DNA from: Planctomycetota bacterium
GTDB lineage: Bacteria > Planctomycetota > GCA-002687715 > DRQF01
DNA: 50,654 nt
Reading direction: 5' to 3'
Assembly: GCA_027001995.1 (NCBI GenBank)
Contig: JALTLO010000109.1
Location: 1-50,654, forward strand
The first letter of the stretch is position 1. Each line of letters opens with the position of its first letter. The translations under genes and the position numbers were made by a program. Of this stretch, positions 8,132 through 15,580 are shown one piece after another. A model generated the notes under the pieces. It was not told where the DNA came from, did not search any database, and saw only the letters and a list, made by a program, of their open reading frames with translations.

Positions 8132-9901
8132 ATGAATCAGCCCACCGACCGTTATGACACCTATGAGCTCCCCGCATTGGGGGGCAATCCTTCGACCGCT
8201 AAAGAAGGCACGAACCCGGGATCGTTTGCCAAGCCCAGCAATATTGCAGCGGGTCCGGATGGACGTTGGACCTTCAGTTCCCCAGATACACCGGGGATGC
8301 CTCAGCCCTCCGCGAAAACCGCATGGGATTTCATGCCTCCAGACTGGGCACAAGTTGAGGGTGTCTGGCAAGCTCCAGAAGGTTTTGAACCCATCACCCA
8401 ACTGGAGTTCGCTCGTCTTGGGCAAGTGACTGATGAGATGCGTCATGTGGCCAGCGAGGAACCTCATCTCACCGCTGAACAAGTCAGAGATGAGGTGGCT
8501 GCCGGGCGTCTTGTCATTCCAGCTAACCGCAATCACTTGCGTCATGGTCTAAAGCCTATGGCCATTGGTCGGGCATCGAAGACCAAAGTCAATGCCAACA
8601 TGGGAGCTTCCCCAGTTTCTTCCGGCACCTCTGATGAGGTTGAAAAGCTCCTTTGGGCGGAGAAATGGGGAGCTGACACTGTCATGGATCTTTCCACCGG
8701 GGGCGATCTCAACGCTTGTCGCAAGTCGATCATCGAGAATTCATCTGTGCCCATCGGCACCGTGCCGATCTACTCCATGATTATTGGTCGAAAGATTGAA
8801 GATCTGGACGAAAAAATGGTCTTGGCTGAGCTTGAAAACCAAGCTCAACAAGGTGTGGACTACTTCACCATTCACGCAGGCGTTTTACGTGAGCATTTGC
8901 AGTATGTGAAAGATCGACTCATCGGCATCGTCAGCCGAGGTGGTTCCTTGTTGGCCAAGTGGATGATCCATCATGATCGTCAGAACCTCATGTTTGACAT
9001 GTGGGATGACATTTGTGATTTGATGCGCCAGCATGATGTTACGTTCTCTATTGGCGATGGCCTGCGCCCAGGAGGTTTGGCGGATGCCACCGACCGTGCT
9101 CAACTCCGAGAACTGGCGGCCCTGGCCCAGTTAACAGAGCGTGCTTGGCGCCGGGGTGTGCAAGTGATGATTGAAGGCCCAGGACATGTGCCTTTTGATC
9201 AAATTGAATACAACATGAAGTTGCAACGGTCCTTGTGCCACGGAGCTCCGTTCTACGTCTTAGGGCCTTTGGTGACTGATATATTCCCCGGATATGATCA
9301 TATCACCAGTTGCATTGGGGCTACGGCTGCTGCCTACCATGGGGCATCGATGTTGTGCTATGTGACGCCCAAAGAGCACTTGGGCCTGCCTAAGAAGGAC
9401 GACGTGAAGCAGGGTTGTATTGCCTACAAGATCGCAGCGCACGCCGCAGATGTGGCTTTGGGAATTCCTGGGACACGAGATCGAGACGATCAGTTGACCA
9501 GGGCCAGAGCAGCCTTGAACTGGGAAGAGCATTTCAATTTGTCCTTTGACCCAGATACGGCTCGGGCTTATCACGACGAAGATCTCGACGTGGACACAGA
9601 TTTCTGCGCCATGTGTGGTCATGACTGGTGCAGCGTTCGCATTTCGAAAGAAATCCAAGAGTTTGCCTCCGGTAAGTCAGAAGACTTTTCTTGGGAGAAA
9701 CCAAGAATCTCTGAGGCATTAAGCGAAGAGCAAAAAGAGATTCTTGAGAAACGGGGTGTCTTGACTCCTGATGAGATTCATCGATTGGCATCTAAGACAA
9801 GAAACAAAGTGGGAGCTGACGTTGGCGTTCAGGCATCTTGTCACTCGGACATCGCTGAACCTGAAGAAGCCAAGGCAATTCAGACTTCTTCTGACAACTA
9901 A
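8132..9901 (+). CDS. thiC: Phosphomethylpyrimidine synthase ThiC
   Basis: GADTVMDLSTG, GTVPIY, HAGV, SRGGS, GDGLRPG, EGPGH, PGYDH, YVTPKEHLGLP and the Fe-S motif CAMCGHDWC. Start is probably ATG 8132 (8087 is possible). Confidence 0.97.
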   Translation: MNQPTDRYDTYELPALGGNPSTAKEGTNPGSFAKPSNIAAGPDGRWTFSSPDTPGMPQPSAKTAWDFMPPDWAQVEGVWQAPEGFEPITQLEFARLGQVTDEMRHVASEEPHLTAEQVRDEVAAGRLVIPANRNHLRHGLKPMAIGRASKTKVNANMGASPVSSGTSDEVEKLLWAEKWGADTVMDLSTGGDLNACRKSIIENSSVPIGTVPIYSMIIGRKIEDLDEKMVLAELENQAQQGVDYFTIHAGVLREHLQYVKDRLIGIVSRGGSLLAKWMIHHDRQNLMFDMWDDICDLMRQHDVTFSIGDGLRPGGLADATDRAQLRELAALAQLTERAWRRGVQVMIEGPGHVPFDQIEYNMKLQRSLCHGAPFYVLGPLVTDIFPGYDHITSCIGATAAAYHGASMLCYVTPKEHLGLPKKDDVKQGCIAYKIAAHAADVALGIPGTRDRDDQLTRARAALNWEEHFNLSFDPDTARAYHDEDLDVDTDFCAMCGHDWCSVRISKEIQEFASGKSEDFSWEKPRISEALSEEQKEILEKRGVLTPDEIHRLASKTRNKVGADVGVQASCHSDIAEPEEAKAIQTSSDN

Positions 9902-9924
9902 ATCTCTTTCATTCCAAGTCGGGT

Positions 9925-9960
9925 AAGGCACGCTGGGTTTTCCTGAGCGTGCCTTTTTCT
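9925..9960 (+). terminator. Rho-independent terminator after thiC
   Basis: aaggcacgct-loop-agcgtgcctt followed by tttct. Confidence 0.8.
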
Positions 9961-10165
9961 GTCTCTTTCGAAACATATCTCCAAAAAAAATGCTCCGTTT
10001 CTTGAGGTGGTCACCAAAGTTGACGTCAGGTATGGCGGAGGGCAACAAAACCCCTTCCCTGATCGGCGTAGGCCATTTTCGCGACACCGAGAGAGACTCG
10101 GGGCATAGAACCTTGGATCTTCCGCCGATCGGCAACTTTCATCAGTAAGAATTGGAGAATGTGAA

Positions 10166-11059
10166 GTGAAATCGAAACTTAGTATCAAAACAATGGCCTT
10201 CCTCTTGGTCTTTGCTTTCTTGGCAACAGCCCCAGCAGTTCAGGCGCAATGCACTGTTTGTAAGAGCTCGAACCACGGCAAGTCAGTGGAGCCGAAGAAA
10301 GGTGATCTCATTGTTTCCGCCGGAAAATGCCCCTGGAACCTGGTGGAAATTTGGACCCCTGAGCCCCTTCCCGTCCCTGGGACAAGTGCCGAGAGTGGTG
10401 CTGACACGGCAACTGCAACCAGTGGAAATAGGCACGCTGCGGCCCAAGCCACTTCCGCCAGCGCCACAGTGACATCATCGTCCGGCTATAGTTACAGTTC
10501 CAATTGGAGGTTCTATGACTCGATTGCAACTTGCTCATGTAATTCGTGGGCCGTTATTATCGCAGTACAAATGACCGTTGAGGGAGAATACACTGCAAGC
10601 GGTTCTTCTAGTGGTTCTGGAACAGCCACGATGGGCGGGAACATCACAGTGATCAATACGAGCGCCCGGCAACAGGGTGGTGGTCCCACCAATTTTTCGT
10701 TTAGCGGCAATGCCAGCGTGAGTTCGTCGACATCGCAAACTGGCAATTTTAACTTTGGATTGCAGATCGCGGGACTCGGCATTAACTTTGGCGGGGGCGG
10801 GTTTCCCGTCACCCTTGGGTCAGGTCCAGAATCGCGCCCTTTGACACAGCAGACCGCTGATGTCGGTGTCGGTGGCAGTTGCACCATTTTGACAAGTACG
10901 AATGCATCCAGCTCACTCTCCATGACGGGGTCAGGTGATCCAGATAATCCTGCGGGAATGGCGGTCGGTATCTCCGGCTTCAAGATTACCTTGGTCTACA
11001 CCGGCAATTGTTCTGTTTGCAAAACAACGGTGGAAGAATCTGTGGCGATTGGTGAATAG
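10166..11059 (+). CDS. Secreted Ser/Thr/Gly-rich, Cys-containing hypothetical protein
   Basis: Signal peptide ending AVQA; GGAG RBS; CTVCK at the mature N-terminus and CSVCK near the C-terminus. Confidence 0.7.
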   Translation: MKSKLSIKTMAFLLVFAFLATAPAVQAQCTVCKSSNHGKSVEPKKGDLIVSAGKCPWNLVEIWTPEPLPVPGTSAESGADTATATSGNRHAAAQATSASATVTSSSGYSYSSNWRFYDSIATCSCNSWAVIIAVQMTVEGEYTASGSSSGSGTATMGGNITVINTSARQQGGGPTNFSFSGNASVSSSTSQTGNFNFGLQIAGLGINFGGGGFPVTLGSGPESRPLTQQTADVGVGGSCTILTSTNASSSLSMTGSGDPDNPAGMAVGISGFKITLVYTGNCSVCKTTVEESVAIGE

Positions 11060-11108
11060 GGAGCATCAAGGCCCCCTCCATTGATTTTCGTGCTGTTGAA
11101 CACGGAAT

Positions 11109-11146
11109 ATGAGTCTTCACTGGATTTCCGGTGAAGCCTCATTTCT
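11109..11146 (+). terminator. Long intergenic hairpin (terminator or mRNA stabiliser)
   Basis: atgag-t-cttcactgga-tt-tccggtgaag-c-ctcat followed by ttct. Confidence 0.45.
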
Positions 11147-11236
11147 CGTGGACAAATCCCAAATGGAAGGGCTAAAATCTGGTGTCAGATACACACATTT
11201 TGCGTTTTGAATTCAGGTAAACGAGGAGAGCATTAA

Positions 11237-12742
11237 ATGCGAATCAAGAAAAGTGCCGCGGGTGCTGGGGCAATCACGATAGGGGTGATCTTTCTGTTCT
11301 TTGTTGCCTTCTCCAATTGGCGAAGCGGGCCAGAGGATTTACTTGACCCCATTAATTCTGTGGAGTCGAGTCAGGATTCTCTCCAAGTGAATCCACGTCG
11401 CCAAACGGAGGTGAGCATCCCTCCCAGGTCTGTTGCTGAGTCAACGGTCATTTCTGGCCTAAGGGAACCTGCTGGGACGTCCGCTGAACAGGAAGTGCCA
11501 GACGATATAGACTTCACTCTTATCCGCGGTGTGGTTCTGGGGAATTTCGGCAAACCGATTGCCAAGGAAAGAGTATTTCTACGTAGTTTGCAATTTTCTG
11601 CCAACGGCAATAGGCGAAGTCGATTCGAATCTGACTGCCAAACGGACAGCGAAGGGCGATTCGAGTTTCGGTCCAAGAAACTTAGCCAAAAGTCAGTGGA
11701 GTTTCATTTCAAATTAAACAGGAAGACAATTCAGCACCAAGTTTCTTGCGAGGTAGAAAGGATTGGAGATGTTATCGACTTGGGCGAGATTACAGTACCC
11801 CAGCGCAATGCTCTGTCTCTCACCGTACGCGTGCTCGATAAGGAGGAAAGGGTGGTACCTGGGGCCTCTGTGACCATCGTTCCCTACGGACTCAGATATT
11901 CATCCGTTCAAGCCGTTACCGATGAAAATGGGCTTTGTGAAATCGAAGCATGGGATCAAGATGTTGAGTTGATGATCTCGTCGCTCGTTGTATCCTCCAA
12001 TTCTGCTGTGTCGTGCAGATTGCTATCTCGTCGCCACAGTGGACATGCCGAAGAAAAGAATCCAGATGGTAGTTTTATCAGTGGCACAGAACGGGTCTTC
12101 TACTACAGTGGATCCGCCGCCTTTGTCGAACTCAGGGCCGTTGAACCTGACAAGTCGAATTTCCGTACTTTGACGATTCTCGCCCCTGATGGCCATGTCG
12201 AGGGAAATCGCCACGTCTACGCGATTTTTGCTTACCAAAAGGATGGTTCTTTACGCGTGGTAAAGGGGCTCGCAGGATGCCCCTTGCCCGTGAGCATTGA
12301 ACTCAACATTGGCAAGTACTTTGTGCAAGTGGGTCTTTTGACTCGCGATCGGATTCGTGGCGGTACAGTTGTCCGGGAGACCTGTTTCTCACTTCATGAC
12401 AATGTCGTGCTGGGGGAGTCTGAGGGTGATGTCGAGCTCAGGCCTATGTTTGTGAGGGGCACTCGAGTCCAGGGGATTGTAACCAAAGCTGGAGCTCCAT
12501 CAGCTAACAGACTCGTTTCTCCTCGCCTCCATCCGAAAATCCAGGTTGGCGTCTACTTGACCAAGAGAACCAACGCCAAAGGGGAGTTCGTTGTTTTTCT
12601 TCCTGAAAGCGGACCTGCGGAGCTCTTGTTTACTCAAACTGTCGGTGGCGTGCGTGTCATTCCCGTTGATCGTAATAGCACCATGATCGACGAGTTCGGC
12701 GATCGATTCATCGACGTCGGCACCATTACTGAAGACCTATGA
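11237..12742 (+). CDS. Membrane-anchored carboxypeptidase-regulatory-like (Ig/transthyretin-like) repeat protein
   Basis: N-terminal TM; repeated G.V...G.P....V and TD.EG.F motifs (TDSEGRFEF, TDENG, TNAKGEF); GAGGAG RBS. Confidence 0.65.
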   Translation: MRIKKSAAGAGAITIGVIFLFFVAFSNWRSGPEDLLDPINSVESSQDSLQVNPRRQTEVSIPPRSVAESTVISGLREPAGTSAEQEVPDDIDFTLIRGVVLGNFGKPIAKERVFLRSLQFSANGNRRSRFESDCQTDSEGRFEFRSKKLSQKSVEFHFKLNRKTIQHQVSCEVERIGDVIDLGEITVPQRNALSLTVRVLDKEERVVPGASVTIVPYGLRYSSVQAVTDENGLCEIEAWDQDVELMISSLVVSSNSAVSCRLLSRRHSGHAEEKNPDGSFISGTERVFYYSGSAAFVELRAVEPDKSNFRTLTILAPDGHVEGNRHVYAIFAYQKDGSLRVVKGLAGCPLPVSIELNIGKYFVQVGLLTRDRIRGGTVVRETCFSLHDNVVLGESEGDVELRPMFVRGTRVQGIVTKAGAPSANRLVSPRLHPKIQVGVYLTKRTNAKGEFVVFLPESGPAELLFTQTVGGVRVIPVDRNSTMIDEFGDRFIDVGTITEDL

Positions 12743-12766
12743 AGTAGGGAGGATCCTATTCAAAGG

Positions 12767-12799
12767 GATCGGGTTGGCCCAAATGGGCTGACCTCGATC
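12767..12799. terminator. Hairpin between convergent genes
   Basis: gatcgggttggccc-aaat-gggctgacctcgatc. Confidence 0.5.
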
Positions 12800-12819
12800 A
12801 GTTGAGGGTGTTCTCGCGG

Positions 12820-13449
12820 TCAGAGAGCTTGGGCCACGGTGCCTTCGATGGAATTGGCTTTGGTGACTGTCTCTTGCAAAAGGAGTTCCAATTTCTTGGC
12901 CATAGGGGCAGCGTCTTCTTGAGGCAGAGAAGAAAGATTGATGCGAACGTTGAGGGCTGCGGATCTAGCAGCGGAGGAGACTAAGATAGCGGCCATGCCC
13001 GCATCCGAAACAGCGTTCTTGTTGCCATGAGTGGCTGCTAGTTCCACCAAAGGCAGGATCTCGTTGGCCAATACTAAGGTCTCCATGGGAACGCGAGCGG
13101 CTTCTTTGGCGGCGGCCAGGATGGCATTCTTACGAGTGGCTTTTTCGTCGGCAGTTTCTCTTGGGAGTTTGAGGGCAGCCATGTAAGCGTCGAATACTTC
13201 GACGTCGGCGAGCATGAGGTCATAGAATCGATTTATGGTTTCACTCATGACTGGCATGGCTGCTTCGAATTTCTCCTGATGTTCGGCGTATTTCTTCTTG
13301 TTGACTGTGAGACTTCCAACCATGTGGCTCAGGGCAGCGGCGAGGGCCCCCAGAAGTCCAGCGACGGCGCCACCACCGGGGGTAGGTGCGTCAGATTTCA
13401 ATTGATTGAGGAAAGGTTTGAGGTTGGAGAATACGTCTGCTTGATCCAT
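12820..13449 (-). CDS. Cyclodeaminase/cyclohydrolase family protein (FTCD C-terminal domain)
   Basis: SDAPTPGGGAVAG, ALKLPRET, GNKNAVSDAG, LNVRINL. Confidence 0.9.
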   Translation of the reverse strand: MDQADVFSNLKPFLNQLKSDAPTPGGGAVAGLLGALAAALSHMVGSLTVNKKKYAEHQEKFEAAMPVMSETINRFYDLMLADVEVFDAYMAALKLPRETADEKATRKNAILAAAKEAARVPMETLVLANEILPLVELAATHGNKNAVSDAGMAAILVSSAARSAALNVRINLSSLPQEDAAPMAKKLELLLQETVTKANSIEGTVAQAL

Positions 13450-13581
13450 AGCGATTCCTGGAGTCTGGCACGAGTTTGGATGTTTCTATGGTTGTCAGTT
13501 TACACCGAAGGGCCAGATCTGTGATCCAGTAGAATCAGGAATTCTTGGGATTTCCTGGGGAACTTGCCCCAAGTGCTCTAC

Positions 13582-13619
13582 AAAGAAAAAGGGCTCCCTC
13601 TCATGACGAAAGGAAGCCC
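13582..13619 (-). terminator. Rho-independent terminator after the FG-GAP gene
   Basis: Minus strand reads gggcttcctttc-gtcat-gagagggagccc then tttttcttt. Confidence 0.7.
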
Positions 13620-13649
13620 AAAGGGGGATGGAGTTGAATGATATTTCGA

Positions 13650-15395
13650 TCAGCGCACCCTTACGATGATGCCATTTGTGCTCTTGAGAATTCCTGGTGA
13701 ATTCTCAACAACCCCTTGAAGAGTGAAGGTGACGGGGAAGTTGATGCCTCCGATCACATTGTGGGTCCATGGTGACGGCGTGGATGGGAGGATCTCCCCT
13801 CCCGTAACGGGGCCCAGGCTACTTGCCAGGGTGAAGAGGGTCGATTGGGCCCATGGAGCCATGGGGACAGGAACGATTGCAAAATCGCCGATACCGCTGG
13901 GCAGGTTTACGACGTCGGTTTCACCCGGGGCACCAAACTGACCAAAAATGGCGAAGGCTGCTGGGGTTCCGTTGGTTGCGGGTTGTGCCATGTCGAAGAC
14001 GACGGGGTCACCGACTCTAAGGTCGATTCTGCGAGCGATTCCACCGTCATCGCCATTGATGGTGAGGAGAGGTTGAATCTCGCCTTGAGCGTTCAACACA
14101 ACTCCAGTGCCGGCCACACCCATCCAAGGACCACCAGCCACGACAATGGCCCGACCTGGATTGGATCCACTGGGGTCTGTGCCTACGAAGAAGTCTTTGG
14201 TGCCGTCGCCATCGACGTCGCCAACCAAGGAAATCTGCGTCATGTCATTGCTGACACCGTCGGTATCGAAGGTGGGGTTGTTGGTTGCTCCGGAATAGAC
14301 GGTGACGTCGTCGTCGTGTCCAGCGTCGTTGCGACTGCTTGACAGGATGTCGGCCATGCCATCGTTATTGACATCGGCCAAATCGATTTTGGCCCCGATG
14401 CCGTCACAGGGTCCACCGAGAATCATGCCAAGCATTTGACCATTGAGGCCAGAGTAGATGAAGATCGCGCCGGCGTTAGGGCCATTGGTTTGATCACCTC
14501 GCTTGGCCAAGACGACGTCATTCGTGCCATCGCCGTTGACATCAGCGCCTCCGGCTACCTCAATGTCCGGGTAACCCAAACCGAAGGAGTTAGACAGAGT
14601 CGCGGAACCAGCCTGGTGACTACGAATGAGACTGCCGTTATTGCCAGAAATGATGAAAGCTGTGCCAGCTGCCCGATTGCTGCCAACCACGAAATCCCCT
14701 TTGTTGTCACCATCCAGATCATGGGTGTTGGCAAGGGATTGGCCGAAGCGATGGGTACTACCTGCACCATGGATGAGATAAAGGAGTGTTCCAGTCGCTC
14801 CGGAGTAGACAGCAACATAACCGTTTTCTGTTTTGCCCTGGGTTGAGGCTCCAGGGGCACCGACAACGATGTCGCGTTTTCCATCTTGGTCAAGGTCGTC
14901 AACGGAGATAGCGGCGTAGCCGAAGCTCTGTTCACTTGAGATGGCGGGGATGACGTACAAGGGGCTGCCAGTTTGCCCAGAGAAGACGCCGACAATACCG
15001 GGTCCAATAGGGATAGAACCGACCAATCCGCTGATGGTGTCGCCAACCTTGCTAACCATGAAGTCGTCGTTGCCATCGCCATTGAGGTCTCCCAATGTGT
15101 CGATGCAGTAACTTGGTTGGTTACCCCAGGTTTGACCGTTGGCGGGTATATTCAACTGGCGAATGAGCGATCCGTCGATACCCGAGAGGATCTCGACGGA
15201 GCCGACGATGTCATCGCCCACGGCCAAGTCATTGATCCCGTCCCCATTCACATCGCCAGGGCAAGCCACTGTGCTGGCATAAGTGGGGGCCCCTTGGACT
15301 TCGATGATGGTTGACTGGCCCCAACTGGCCGTGGCCATCAGCGCCAAGGTGCAGAGCGCCGCAGAGGAGGCTCTCACTGTTTTCTTCAAATTCAT
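13650..15395 (-). CDS. Secreted FG-GAP/integrin-alpha beta-propeller repeat protein
   Basis: Seven DxDxDG Ca-binding repeats (GDVNGDGIND, GDLNGDGNDD, DDLDQDGKRD...) with FG and GAP motifs; signal peptide. Start is ATG 15395 or TTG 15407. Confidence 0.85.
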   Translation of the reverse strand: MNLKKTVRASSAALCTLALMATASWGQSTIIEVQGAPTYASTVACPGDVNGDGINDLAVGDDIVGSVEILSGIDGSLIRQLNIPANGQTWGNQPSYCIDTLGDLNGDGNDDFMVSKVGDTISGLVGSIPIGPGIVGVFSGQTGSPLYVIPAISSEQSFGYAAISVDDLDQDGKRDIVVGAPGASTQGKTENGYVAVYSGATGTLLYLIHGAGSTHRFGQSLANTHDLDGDNKGDFVVGSNRAAGTAFIISGNNGSLIRSHQAGSATLSNSFGLGYPDIEVAGGADVNGDGTNDVVLAKRGDQTNGPNAGAIFIYSGLNGQMLGMILGGPCDGIGAKIDLADVNNDGMADILSSSRNDAGHDDDVTVYSGATNNPTFDTDGVSNDMTQISLVGDVDGDGTKDFFVGTDPSGSNPGRAIVVAGGPWMGVAGTGVVLNAQGEIQPLLTINGDDGGIARRIDLRVGDPVVFDMAQPATNGTPAAFAIFGQFGAPGETDVVNLPSGIGDFAIVPVPMAPWAQSTLFTLASSLGPVTGGEILPSTPSPWTHNVIGGINFPVTFTLQGVVENSPGILKSTNGIIVRVR

Positions 15396-15440
15396 GATGA
15401 TTCTCAACTTTCTAAGAATGAAACTGCCGATCTCACCCTT

Positions 15441-15469
15441 CAGTCAAAGCTGCTTGCCGAAACGTTGCA
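15441..15469 (-). promoter_or_regulatory. Putative ECF sigma promoter for the FG-GAP gene
   Basis: tGCAACgtttcggcaagcagcttTGACtg (GCAAC-N17-TGAC); 18/29 identical to the motif upstream of the ECF gene. Confidence 0.55.
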
Positions 15470-15580
15470 AGAAAGTCTCAAACCGCAGTTTTATCTTGGA
15501 TCTTGGTGGTATGGCGTTGTGTCCTATTCTTCGAAGCAAGAATTGAATCGTTCGAGAGGTTGTGGGGACCATTTGTCCGG

